Part shown: positions 7,265 through 16,480 of the stretch, one piece after another | How positions within the stretch are numbered: the first letter of the stretch is position 1 | Layout of the letters: every line of letters starts with the position of its first letter | Made by a program: the position numbers and the translations under genes | The notes under the pieces: model-generated | Told to the model about the DNA's origin: nothing | Seen by the model: the letters and a program-made list of their open reading frames with translations, nothing else | Database searches by the model: none | Assembly (NCBI GenBank): GCA_042216675.1 | Contig: JBDGTS010000023.1 | Coordinates: 1 to 29,203 of the forward strand | Reading direction: 5' to 3' | Length of the DNA: 29,203 nt | DNA from: Halobacteriaceae archaeon | GTDB taxonomy: Archaea; Halobacteriota; Halobacteria; Halobacteriales; Halobacteriaceae

Positions 7265-8866
7265 CTACGGCTCACCCACGTCGCCGACGACGGTTCGGCT
7301 CTGCTCGCGCATGAACTGCGGTAGATACCAGTAGCCGCCCGCGAACTTGCTCGTCGTGCCCGACGCCTTCCACCCGCCGAAGGGTTGGGCCTGCACGAGT
7401 GCGCCCGTCGTGGCGCTCTGCCGACGGTTCACGTAGCACATCCCCGACTCGATGCGGTCGAGCCACGTTTCGACCTCGGCTTCGTCCTCGGAGAACAGAC
7501 CCGCACAGAGGGCGTACTCGCTGTCGTTCGACATCTGGATGCCCTCGTCGAGGTCCGCGACGGGATGGAGCGTGACGAACGGGAGAAAATGCTCCTCGCG
7601 CGCCACGTCGTGTCCGTGTGGCACTCCCGTCGCGACGGTGGGCGCGACGAAGCGCCCGTCGGCGAGAGTGCCCGCCGTCACCACCTCGCCGCCGGTGAGA
7701 ATCTCGCCCGCTTCGCGCGCGGCAGCGCACACGTCCCGGTAGCGTTCGAGTGCCGCGTCGTCGATGAGGGGCGAGAGAAACGCGTCTCGTTCCGCGGGCG
7801 GCCGCACCGCGAGCGACTCGGCCTCGGCCACCAGTTGGTCCCGAAACGTCTCGAAGACGCGCTCAGCGACGTAGACGCGCGAGGTGGCCGAACACTTCTG
7901 ACCGCTGTAGCCGAACGCGCCCTTCGCGACGCCCTCGACGGCCGCGTCGAGGTCCGCCTCGGCCGTGACGACGACGGGATTCTTGCCACCGAGTTCGGCG
8001 ACGACCGGCCCCCGCTTGTCGAGTTCGAGGAACGTCTCCTGAATCGAGCGCCCCACCTCCCGGGACCCGGTGAACGCGACGCCCGCCACGTCCTCGTGTT
8101 CGACCAGCGGTTGCCCCACGTCGCGGCCGCCGCCGGTCACGAGGTTCAGGGCGCCGTCCGGAACGCCGGCCTCGGCGAAGAGGTCACAGACCCAGTGGGC
8201 GACGAGCGGTGTCGCACTCGCAGGTTTCGCGACGACGGTGTTCCCGGTGAGGAGCGCCCCCGTCGTCATCCCGGTGAAGATGGCGAGCGGGAAGTTGAAC
8301 GGCCCGACGACGCCGAAGACGCCGAACGGTTCCAGCGCGTTGGCGCAGTGTTGGCCCGGCGTCGGCTCCCCGGTGTCGAACGTGTAGCCGTCGTGCCGGT
8401 CGAGTTCACGGCTGTAGAACCGCAGGAAGTCGATGGCCTCGTCTACCTCCGCCATCGCCTCCGATCGGCTCTTGCCGGCCTCCGCGCAGAGGAGCGCCGC
8501 GAACTCGTATTTCCGGTCGCGCATCGCTGCGGCGGCGTCGCGGACGATGGCGACTCGCTCTGCCCAGTCGGTGTGTGACCAGTCGTCGAAGGCATCCGCC
8601 GCGATGTCGACGGCGCGGGACACGGCCGCCGCGTCGCCCGCGGCGAACTCGCCGACGACGCGGCCGGTGTCGCTCGGACTCGTGACGGTGAACCGATCGC
8701 CCGTCTCCACCGGGTCCCCGCCGATTCGGAGCGGGTGGGTGCCCCCCAACTCGGCCCGCACGTCCTCGACGGCGGTCTCGAAGGACCGGTGGAACTCGGC
8801 CATCGTGCCGGCCTGCCGGTGTGTGAACTCCGTCAGTTCGTTCTCGAAGTCGGACTGTTCCATCAT
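7265..8866 (-). CDS. Aldehyde dehydrogenase, 1-pyrroline-5-carboxylate dehydrogenase (RocA/PruA)-like
   Basis: PFNFPLAI, FTGSREVG, AELGGKN, AFGYSGQKCSATSR (catalytic Cys), and TTGALVQAQPFGGWKASG. Start set at ATG 8866 with TTTTAT about 25 nt upstream. Confidence 0.85.
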   Translation of the reverse strand: MMEQSDFENELTEFTHRQAGTMAEFHRSFETAVEDVRAELGGTHPLRIGGDPVETGDRFTVTSPSDTGRVVGEFAAGDAAAVSRAVDIAADAFDDWSHTDWAERVAIVRDAAAAMRDRKYEFAALLCAEAGKSRSEAMAEVDEAIDFLRFYSRELDRHDGYTFDTGEPTPGQHCANALEPFGVFGVVGPFNFPLAIFTGMTTGALLTGNTVVAKPASATPLVAHWVCDLFAEAGVPDGALNLVTGGGRDVGQPLVEHEDVAGVAFTGSREVGRSIQETFLELDKRGPVVAELGGKNPVVVTAEADLDAAVEGVAKGAFGYSGQKCSATSRVYVAERVFETFRDQLVAEAESLAVRPPAERDAFLSPLIDDAALERYRDVCAAAREAGEILTGGEVVTAGTLADGRFVAPTVATGVPHGHDVAREEHFLPFVTLHPVADLDEGIQMSNDSEYALCAGLFSEDEAEVETWLDRIESGMCYVNRRQSATTGALVQAQPFGGWKASGTTSKFAGGYWYLPQFMREQSRTVVGDVGEP

Positions 8867-8946
8867 CGACTCTACGGCCGAGTGGCGCATAAAACACCGC
8901 GTCGAACCACGCTATCGTGTCTCTGTCCAGTCGAGCGGCACAGAAA

Positions 8947-9021
8947 TGCTCGGTCAGGGATTCGAACCCTGGTCGTCGGCTCGAAAGGCCAACATGATTG
9001 GCCGGACTACACCAACCGAGC
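8947..9021 (-). tRNA. tRNA-Glu (anticodon UUC)
   Basis: Reverse complement reads GCTCGGTTGGTGTAGTCCGGCCAATCATGTTGGCCT-TTC-GAGCCGACGACCAGGGTTCGAATCCCTGACCGAGCA. It is followed by TTTCT, and TTTATC lies about 30 nt upstream. Confidence 0.96.
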
Positions 9022-9247
9022 GGACGCACTCGAATCGACGGATGGGAGATTGATAAATCCCTCCTTTTCCGCCCGTCAGCCGAGGCGTCCCGACACGAAC
9101 GCCGTCGGGTTCCCGACGCCCTGCCGAACGCTCACGTTACGCTCTCTCGGCGCTATTCGAGCCACCCCCGGAACGGTTGGGCTGTCTATCGGACTGACCG
9201 GGGTCGCCGTGTGCGGGGCCGCTGCGCCGTCGAGGGGAACCGGCTGT

Positions 9248-9470
9248 CAGTGTCCCGCCGCCCCCCAAGGCGATTCGGAACCGGGTCCCCTCAGGGTCGT
9301 TCTCCTCGACGGTGACTGTGCCGTCGTCAGCGTCGGTGTGTCGGACCGCGTTCGACGGCACCCCGACGAACGGTTCGCGAAGCAGCTCCTCGCCGCGGCG
9401 ACGGCGCCCCCCTCGTGCAGGTCCGCCCGTGACCGGATGGCGAGGGTCCGTCGACGCGACGGCGGCCACT
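9248..9470 (-). pseudogene. Decayed fragment of a histidine kinase HATPase_c domain
   Basis: EELLREPFVGVPSNAVRH (degenerate N-box) joined directly to GTVTVEENDPEGTRFRIAL (C-terminal strands). The G1/F/G2 boxes are absent and there is an apparent frameshift upstream. Confidence 0.6.
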
Positions 9471-9556
9471 CACGTTCGCACCGCCAGTTCTCGACCACTC
9501 AAGCGCATTTGGACGCCGCCCGAGCAGTTATCCCCGTGCCGGTTTCAACACTCAGT

Positions 9557-9979
9557 ATGAACGTGGGGGCAATCATGTCGACGCCGGTGGTGACCGTCGG
9601 CCCGGCCGCGACGCTTCGGGACGCCGTCGACGAGATGCTCGCCTACCGAATCGGGAGCGTCGTCGTCGGCGATGGGGGGCCGCTGGGCATTCTCACTCGC
9701 TCGGACGTGCTTCGCGCCGTCGCTCACGACGAGCGCTCGATAGACACCGTGACCGTGGGGGGCGCGATGACCGAGGACGTGGTGACGACGAGCGCCGACA
9801 CGAGCGTGAAGGCGGCGCTCCGCGCGATGGAGGCCCACGACGTGAAGAAACTCCCCGTCACCGACGGCGTGGAACTGGCGGGCATCGTCACGCTGACCGA
9901 CGTGGGTCGCCACCTCCCCGAACGAGTCGCGGAGACGCGCCGCGTGGTCGAACGCCGCGACGACTGGACCGACGACTGA
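9557..9979 (+). CDS. CBS domain pair protein
   Basis: IMSTPVVTVGP...GILTRSDV and AMTEDVVT...KKLPV...GIVTLTDV. Start at ATG 9557. Confidence 0.9.
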   Translation: MNVGAIMSTPVVTVGPAATLRDAVDEMLAYRIGSVVVGDGGPLGILTRSDVLRAVAHDERSIDTVTVGGAMTEDVVTTSADTSVKAALRAMEAHDVKKLPVTDGVELAGIVTLTDVGRHLPERVAETRRVVERRDDWTDD

Positions 9980-11947
9980 CTACTCGCCCTCGAACTCGGG
10001 GTCCCGGTCGCTCGCGAACGCCGTGATGCCCTCCATCAGGTCCTCGGTGCCGAACAGATGCCCGAAGGCCATCGCTTCCACTTCCAAGCCGGCGTCACCG
10101 TCGTCCCGGCCCGCGTGGACGGCGTCCTTGATGAACCCCTGCGCGATGGGCGGGCCGTCGGCGAGGTCCCGGGCCATCTCCAGTGCCGCGCCCGGGAACG
10201 CCTCGCCCGAGACCACCTCGTTCACGAAGCCGTACTCGGCCATCGTCGCCGCGTCGTAGCGGTCGCCCGTGAGCAGAATCTCCTTCGCGCGCCCCTCGCC
10301 GACGATTCGCGGGAGCCGTTGGGTTCCGCCCCACCCCGGCATGAGGCCGAGATTCGGCTCCGTCTGGCCGAACTCCGAGCCCTCGGCGGCCACGCGCAGG
10401 TCCGCCGCGGCCGCGAGTTCCATCCCGCCCCCGAGCGCGTAGCCGTCGATGCCGGCGACGACGGGCAGGTCCGTCTCCTCGAGTTGGCCGAACACGGCGT
10501 GGCCCCGCCGCGACAGTTCGACGCCGTCGAGTGGGTCCGCGCTGGACGCCATACTCGTCACGTCCGCGCCCGCCGAGAACGCCCGGTCGCCCGCCCCGGT
10601 GAGCAGGAGCGAACGCACGCCGTCCTCGTCGGCCAGTTCCTCGACTGCGGCTTCGAGTTCGTCCAGCATGTCGAGGGTGACGGTGTTCAGGCGGTGCTCC
10701 CTGTCGAGGACGACGTGCGCCACGCGCCCCTCTCGTTCGACGCGAATCGTCTCGTAGGAGTGCGTGGTCTCCTCGGCCTCGCCCTCGTAAAACCCCTCAC
10801 CGGCCTCGACGCGGCGTTCGAGTTCCGGCGCGGGGGCGTAGCGCGCCGCGCCTGTCTCCTCGTGGCGGTCGGCCAGCACGTCGTACAGCACGTCGAGCCC
10901 CGTCTCGTCGGCTATCCGCGCCGGGCCGTCCGGAAAGCCGGCGCCGAGTTGGAGCGCCCGGTCGATTTCTTCGACGGGCGCCACCTCGTCGCCGAGGAGT
11001 TTCGCCACCTCGTTCGCCATCACGGCTTCGAGCCGGCGCGCGATGGCTTCGCTCCCCGCGTCGGTGGGGATGTCGACGCCGCCGTCGTCGTAGTCGTAGA
11101 AGCCCGCGCCAGCCTTCTTGCCGAGTTCGTCCGCCTCGACTCGCTCCTCGAGGAGAGGGCAGGGTTCGTAGGCCGCGCCGAGTTCGGCGTGCATGTATTC
11201 GAGGACGTCGACGGCCACGTCGATGCCGACCTGATCCGCGAGTTCGAAGACGCCCATCGGCATCCCGAGTTCGTAGCGGGCGGCGCTGTCCACCTCGCGG
11301 ACCGTCGCGTCGCCGTCGTGGACTGCCCACGCGCCCTCGTTCATCGGCGAGACGAGAACGCGGTTGACGACGAAGCCGGGCGTGTCCTCGCGCACCCGAA
11401 TCGGCGTCTTGTCCATCGTCTCCGCCAGCGACTCGACGAGTGAGAGCGTCTCCTCGGCCGTCTCGTCGCCCGCGACGACTTCGACGAGGGGCATCTTCAC
11501 GGGTGGATTGAAGAAGTGCATCCCGCAGAAGCGCTCCGGGCGGTCCGTCGCCGCCGCGAGGTCCGTGATGGAGAGGCTGGAGGTGTTCGAGGCGAAGACG
11601 GCGTCGTCTGGCGCGGCCGCCTCCACGTCGGCGTACACCTCGCGCTTGACGTCCATTCGCTCCGGAACGGCCTCGATGACCACGTCCGCGTCGCCCGCGG
11701 CGCCGTCGAGGTCCACGTGGCCCTCGACCCTGTCGAGTGCCGCCTCGGCCTCGTCGGCCGTGATTTGGCCGCCATCGGCGAGTTTCTCCAGCGACCACTC
11801 GATGTCGCCGAGGCCCTGTTCCACGAGGTCCGACTCGATGTCCCGCAGTCGCACGTCGTAGCCCGCCAGCGCCGCCACCTCGGCGATGCCGTGTCCCATG
11901 TTTCCGGCACCGAGGACCGTCACGACGTCGACGTCAGCGATGTCCAT
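9980..11947 (-). CDS. 3-hydroxyacyl-CoA dehydrogenase / enoyl-CoA hydratase bifunctional protein
   Basis: GAGNMGHGIA, ASNTSSL, GMHFFNP and PMGVFELAD, followed by a crotonase domain with AFSAGAD, GGGMELA and GQTEPNLGLMPGWGG. Confidence 0.93.
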   Translation of the reverse strand: MDIADVDVVTVLGAGNMGHGIAEVAALAGYDVRLRDIESDLVEQGLGDIEWSLEKLADGGQITADEAEAALDRVEGHVDLDGAAGDADVVIEAVPERMDVKREVYADVEAAAPDDAVFASNTSSLSITDLAAATDRPERFCGMHFFNPPVKMPLVEVVAGDETAEETLSLVESLAETMDKTPIRVREDTPGFVVNRVLVSPMNEGAWAVHDGDATVREVDSAARYELGMPMGVFELADQVGIDVAVDVLEYMHAELGAAYEPCPLLEERVEADELGKKAGAGFYDYDDGGVDIPTDAGSEAIARRLEAVMANEVAKLLGDEVAPVEEIDRALQLGAGFPDGPARIADETGLDVLYDVLADRHEETGAARYAPAPELERRVEAGEGFYEGEAEETTHSYETIRVEREGRVAHVVLDREHRLNTVTLDMLDELEAAVEELADEDGVRSLLLTGAGDRAFSAGADVTSMASSADPLDGVELSRRGHAVFGQLEETDLPVVAGIDGYALGGGMELAAAADLRVAAEGSEFGQTEPNLGLMPGWGGTQRLPRIVGEGRAKEILLTGDRYDAATMAEYGFVNEVVSGEAFPGAALEMARDLADGPPIAQGFIKDAVHAGRDDGDAGLEVEAMAFGHLFGTEDLMEGITAFASDRDPEFEGE

Positions 11948-11986
11948 ACGTCGCTCACGTCGCCCCTCGGCTTCACCGTTTCCCCG

Positions 11987-13297
11987 CTACTCTTCGCCGA
12001 CGGTCCGGCTCACGTCCACCTGATAGTCCCCGAGGATGTCGCGGCCGAGGAGAAGGGGGTAGCGGAGGTTCGAGCGGTCGGTGAGACTCGCCGCGACGGT
12101 GTGTCTGTCGCCGCCGACGCCGACGACGATGTCCACGACGGGCCGAGAGGTGCCGCCGGGCGCGCTCCCGGATTTCACCGTCGTCATGCTCCGAATCGGG
12201 CCGGCGCCGATGTCGGCGGCTAGCTCCGTGTCGACGCTGGTGCGCGCCGCGCCGGTGTCGGACTTCGCGGTGACCTGCTCGCTCCCGCTGGTGCCGCTGA
12301 CCAGCACTTCCTCGGTGTAGCCGATGGTCTTGGTCTCCGACGCCGTCCCGACGCTCGCGAGAATCCCCGGCGGCCGCGAGAAGTCGAACGTGTCTTCGAG
12401 GTCGGCCACCGCCGCGTCGGGGACGGACCCGCCCGCCGCCTCGATGCCGAGGCGGGCGATGTGGGGCGCCGGCGAGACGCTCGTCGCGGAGAACAGGCCT
12501 TTGAAGCCGGCCGTCGGGTTCACTTCGAGGACGTACCAGCCGTCGGCGCCCTCCACGAGGTCCACGCCGGCGTAGTCGAGGCCGAGGGCGTCGGCCGACT
12601 GGAGCGCGAACTCGCGGGCCTCCGCGGGCACGTCCTCGACGCCCTCGACGCTCCCGCCGAGAGCGACGTTCGTGCGCCAGTCGCTGTCGGGTGCGTAGCG
12701 GTGCATCGCGCCGACGATCTCGTCACCGACCACGTAGACGCGCAGGTCGCGGTGGCGCGCCGCGCCCTCGCGTTCGACGAGCGACTGGAGGAAGGCAAAC
12801 CGGTCCCCGACCATCGGATTCACGTCCTCGTCGGCCCTCACTTTCCACGTCCCGCCGCCGTGAGTGCCGATGGCCGTCTTGAACACCGCCTCCGCGCCGA
12901 AGTTCGGTCGTCGCTCGTTCAGGCGCCCCTCGTCGAGCGCCAAGAGGGCGTCGGGGACGCGAATGTCCGCCTCCGCGAGCGTCGTCGCCGTCGCGTACTT
13001 GTGGAGCGCCCCCAGCACGTCGTTGGGGTCGTTCAGCGTCGGCCGGAGCGTCGAGAGACAGCGGCCCAACCCCAGCAGTTCCTCGGGATTCGGCGTGTTC
13101 GAGAGGAGCAGTCGGTTCAGCACCGCGTCCACGTCGGGTTCTAGCGACACGTCGCCGTCCTCGATGCCGATGGCGACGTTCTCCCGGCGGAGCCACACCG
13201 GGTCGGCGCCCAGTTCGTCGAGCGCGTTGAGAATTGCTTTCGTCTCCTTGCTGTTGTGGAGGCTGAGAACGCCGACCCGGTAGTCCGTATCCGCCAT
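11987..13297 (-). CDS. RimK-family ATP-grasp ligase fused to a C-terminal retropepsin-like (RimB/'ATP-dependent Zn protease') domain
   Basis: ATP-grasp motifs FKTAIGTHGGG, DLRVYVVG, WRTNVALGG, AGVDL and LEVNPTAGF. The C-terminal domain has AKSDTGAARTS and YPLLLGRDIL. Confidence 0.88.
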   Translation of the reverse strand: MADTDYRVGVLSLHNSKETKAILNALDELGADPVWLRRENVAIGIEDGDVSLEPDVDAVLNRLLLSNTPNPEELLGLGRCLSTLRPTLNDPNDVLGALHKYATATTLAEADIRVPDALLALDEGRLNERRPNFGAEAVFKTAIGTHGGGTWKVRADEDVNPMVGDRFAFLQSLVEREGAARHRDLRVYVVGDEIVGAMHRYAPDSDWRTNVALGGSVEGVEDVPAEAREFALQSADALGLDYAGVDLVEGADGWYVLEVNPTAGFKGLFSATSVSPAPHIARLGIEAAGGSVPDAAVADLEDTFDFSRPPGILASVGTASETKTIGYTEEVLVSGTSGSEQVTAKSDTGAARTSVDTELAADIGAGPIRSMTTVKSGSAPGGTSRPVVDIVVGVGGDRHTVAASLTDRSNLRYPLLLGRDILGDYQVDVSRTVGEE

Positions 13298-13377
13298 GCA
13301 GAGGGGTCGCCGTCCCCCACCCTAAATCCTCCGAGAGCGGTCGCGGGTGTTTTGTGATTCCGCCGCACAGTGGGGAC

Positions 13378-14385
13378 ATGTCCACCGACGGCACCGACGC
13401 CGAGGCGTTCACGTACGACGGCGGGCGCGTGGACCCCGGCGAGATTCAGCATCTCCGCTACGGCGTCAGCGAGACGTATCTCGGTGATCCGGTCCGCATC
13501 CCCGTCACCGTCTGCAACGGGGAGCGTCCGGGGCCGACGATGTTTCTCTCGGCGGCGTCTCACGGCGACGAACTCAACGGCATCGAGGTGGTCCGGGAAG
13601 TCGCCGACGACTGGGCCGCCACGGACCTCCGGGGCACCATCGTCTGTCTGCCCGTCCTGAACGTCCCCGGATTCCTCTTCCAACAGCGCTATCTCCCCGT
13701 CTACGACCGGGACCTCAACCGTGCGTTCCCCGGCGACCCCGACAGCACCAGCGCGAAGCGGATGGCCCACGGGATTTTCCGCAACTTCATCGCGCCCTGC
13801 GACGTGGGCCTCGACTTCCACACGTCGACCCGCGGCCGGTCGAACCTCGTCCACGTCCGGGCGGACCTCGACGACGACGCTGTGGAGCGACTCGCCCGCG
13901 GGTTCGGGTCGAACGTCATCATCGAGAGCGAGGGCGCGTCCGGAACGCTCCGCCGGGAAGCCAGCGACGCCGGCGTGCCGACGATCACTATCGAGATGGG
14001 GGAGGCCCACCGCTTCCAGCGAGACCTCATCGACCGGGCGCTCTCGGGCGTGGCGAGCGTCGCGGCCGAGTACGGCCTCGTGGAGGGCGGCGCGGTCTCC
14101 CGGCCCGAGTGGCGCGCCGTCATCGGGTCCAGCGACAAGACGTGGCTCCGGGCCGACGTGGGCGGCATGGTCGAGATGCACTACGACCGCGGCGAGGTGG
14201 TTCCGGAGGGGAACACCGTCTGCACCATCACCGACCCGTTCAAGGGGGGCGCCGTCGAGGTGCCCGCGCCCTTCGACGGCCTCCTCGTCGGCATCCTCGA
14301 GAATCCGGTCGTGTATCCGGGCAATCCGCTGTGCCACCTCGCCAGCATCGACGCGGACACGCTCCGCGCGTATCGGGGCAGTTGA
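13378..14385 (+). CDS. Succinylglutamate desuccinylase/aspartoacylase family (M14) protein
   Basis: AASHGDELNG, RDLNRAFPG, LDFHTS, ITIEMG and a C-terminal biotinyl-like hairpin region. Start at ATG 13378. Confidence 0.9.
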   Translation: MSTDGTDAEAFTYDGGRVDPGEIQHLRYGVSETYLGDPVRIPVTVCNGERPGPTMFLSAASHGDELNGIEVVREVADDWAATDLRGTIVCLPVLNVPGFLFQQRYLPVYDRDLNRAFPGDPDSTSAKRMAHGIFRNFIAPCDVGLDFHTSTRGRSNLVHVRADLDDDAVERLARGFGSNVIIESEGASGTLRREASDAGVPTITIEMGEAHRFQRDLIDRALSGVASVAAEYGLVEGGAVSRPEWRAVIGSSDKTWLRADVGGMVEMHYDRGEVVPEGNTVCTITDPFKGGAVEVPAPFDGLLVGILENPVVYPGNPLCHLASIDADTLRAYRGS

Positions 14386-14440
14386 GAGTCTCTAGCAACA
14401 CAACAGTTAACACATTACGGGTCGACCACCTTCGGGAGAC

Positions 14441-14476
14441 ATGGCACCCGCTCGTGTCCACACGGAGGAAACCTAA
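14441..14476 (+). CDS. Possible 11-aa leader ORF (MAPARVHTEET) overlapping the substrate-binding protein start
   Basis: ATG about 30 nt after GTTAAC (14406-14411). The TAA stop overlaps the next ATG as TAATG, and GGAGGA lies inside the ORF. Confidence 0.4.
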   Translation: MAPARVHTEET

Positions 14477-16401
14477 TGTCCGACCCTGACGATTCCCGAC
14501 TGGCGCGTAGCATCGACCGGCGACGGTTCGTCGCCGGAATGGGCGCGGGTCTGGCGACCGGACTCGCAGGCTGTTCCACCGGCGGGGGCGGGGACGGCGG
14601 AACCACCACGCCGACGCCTACTCCCACCCAGCAGATGCCGGAGAGTCCGCCCGAGGGCGGCACGGCGACGTTCGGCATGGTCACCGCACCGAAGACCATG
14701 AATCCGCTGGTGTACGACGACGCCTACGAGTACGAAATCATCCGTCGCCTGTACGACTTCGGCGTCACGGTCGACCCGCGCGACTACTCCTACAAGCCGT
14801 GGACGTTCACGGACTGGACGGTGAACGCCGAGAACGCCGGCACCTCGTCGCCCACCATCACCGCGACGATGCGGGACGACACCGAGTTCAGCGACGGCGA
14901 ACCGGTGACGCCGGAGGACTACAAGTTCACCATCGAGTACCTCAAGGAGCAGGGAGTCACCGGTTCGATTTCCGCGTCGCAGGTGTCGTACGTCGAGGAC
15001 GTCGTCGTCGACGGTAACGAGGTGGACCTGTTCCTCTCGAAGGCGTACAACGGCTGGTTCGGCGACATCCTCGCTCAGATCATCCTCCCGAAGCACATCT
15101 GGAAGAACGTCTCGGACTACACGACGTACGAACCTCGCAAGACCGACGAGGGCGTCGTCGGGTCCGGCCCGATGGTCCTCGACGACTACTCGTGGCAGAA
15201 CTGGTTCGACTTCAGTTACCGCGACGACTCGGTCATCCCGTGGCCGCAGGACGATAATATCGACTGGATTCACCCGGAGGGGCCGTTCCTCAAGGGCCAC
15301 CGCCTCGAAATATTCGGCAACAACTCGACGCTCCAACAGGAGGTGATGGCGGGCAACGTCACCTGCATGTTCCAAGGCGTCCAGCCAAGCGCCGCCGCCA
15401 CGGCCCAGAACAAGGAGGGCATCGAGGTGGCCCAGAACCCCTCGCTCGGGTACGACCACATCGACATGAACCTCCGGCGGGTCCCCTTCGACGACCGGGT
15501 GTTCCGCCAGTTCATGCGGAAGATGGTCGACAGCGAGTGGATCGTCGCCAACCCCTACGACGACATCGGCGCCCAGCGCGGTTCGTACGCGTCCATCGCG
15601 TCCTTCGAGGACTGGCGCCCACCGGAACCGTGGGAGGCCGACGAGTACGAGGGCATCCCGCTCCCGACGCTGGAGTTCCCCGGCGAGGCCGGCACGTTCA
15701 GCCTCACCGAGTCACAGGTGCAGGCCGCCCGGGAGTTCCTCACGACCCACCCCGATGCGAAGTACAACTACACGTTCGAGGAGGGGTCACAGGGCAAGAC
15801 GAACTCGCCGGACGACAAGCAACTGTTCGTCGACGGCGAACGGCTGACGGAGGCCCACACCAACAACGACGGCGAGGGCGGACAGGGCCCCCTCAACTTC
15901 ATCTACCAGCCGCCGGGCGAGGACAAGACGCAGAACCAAACCGGCGAGAAAGTCGTCTCGGCGCTCCGTAAGGTCGGGGTGCCCACCTCGAAGACCATCG
16001 AGTCCATCAGTTCGGCACAGATTGCCATCTTCTTCGAGGAGAACTTCGACATGTTCTCGATGGGCTGGGGCATCACGCCGTACCTCACGCTGTACCGTTC
16101 GCTGTACGGCGAGGCCGGCGTCGACACCGAGGGCACCACGGACAGGGTGTTCTACAACCCGATGGGGTACACGGGCGCACAGGACCTCATCGACCAGGAC
16201 GTGTCGACGATGGAGCGCTCGAAGCGCATCCCCATCGTGAAGAAGATTCAGGCCCAGATCTGGTACGACGCCCCCACCATCATCACCATCTACAAGAAGC
16301 TCCTCGAACCCCACCCCGCGGAGTACGAGGGCTTCTACACGACGGCGGGCGGCCTCTTCGAGAACCCGTGGATGAACGTGTACGTCGAAGACGGCGGCTG
16401 A
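14476..16401 (+). CDS. dppA: ABC transporter substrate-binding protein, family 5 (Dpp/Opp), Tat lipoprotein
   Basis: Tat motif DRRRFVAG, lipobox LAGC, a Thr/Pro linker, FSDGEPVTPEDYKFT, VGSGPM and PFDDRVFRQ. Confidence 0.88.
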   Translation: MSDPDDSRLARSIDRRRFVAGMGAGLATGLAGCSTGGGGDGGTTTPTPTPTQQMPESPPEGGTATFGMVTAPKTMNPLVYDDAYEYEIIRRLYDFGVTVDPRDYSYKPWTFTDWTVNAENAGTSSPTITATMRDDTEFSDGEPVTPEDYKFTIEYLKEQGVTGSISASQVSYVEDVVVDGNEVDLFLSKAYNGWFGDILAQIILPKHIWKNVSDYTTYEPRKTDEGVVGSGPMVLDDYSWQNWFDFSYRDDSVIPWPQDDNIDWIHPEGPFLKGHRLEIFGNNSTLQQEVMAGNVTCMFQGVQPSAAATAQNKEGIEVAQNPSLGYDHIDMNLRRVPFDDRVFRQFMRKMVDSEWIVANPYDDIGAQRGSYASIASFEDWRPPEPWEADEYEGIPLPTLEFPGEAGTFSLTESQVQAAREFLTTHPDAKYNYTFEEGSQGKTNSPDDKQLFVDGERLTEAHTNNDGEGGQGPLNFIYQPPGEDKTQNQTGEKVVSALRKVGVPTSKTIESISSAQIAIFFEENFDMFSMGWGITPYLTLYRSLYGEAGVDTEGTTDRVFYNPMGYTGAQDLIDQDVSTMERSKRIPIVKKIQAQIWYDAPTIITIYKKLLEPHPAEYEGFYTTAGGLFENPWMNVYVEDGG

Positions 16402-16417
16402 CCGACGGAGGGACACA

Positions 16418-16480
16418 GTGACCGTGAACGTGCCACGCGGTTTCGAGACGGTGCCCGACTCGCCGCAGGTGGTCCGCTGA
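16418..16480 (+). CDS. Possible 20-aa intercistronic mini-ORF (MTVNVPRGFETVPDSPQVVR)
   Basis: GGAGGG followed by GTG at 16418. The TGA at 16478-16480 overlaps the dppB ATG as TGATG. Confidence 0.3.
   Translation: MTVNVPRGFETVPDSPQVVR

Noticed and set aside
1-9100. tRNA-anchored integrative element between or next to tRNA-Leu and tRNA-Glu
   Set aside because: No integrase or transposase, and I found no duplicated tRNA 3' end. Several intervening genes (DUF309, UPF0179) look like core haloarchaeal genes.
8735-9556. Long N-terminal extension of the CBS protein (414-aa ORF)
   Set aside because: It runs antisense through the ALDH start and tRNA-Glu. The CBS pair begins at ATG 9557.
14580-14630. 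Gly and Thr-Pro repeats in dppA
   Set aside because: Ordinary flexible linker after the lipobox of haloarchaeal binding proteins.
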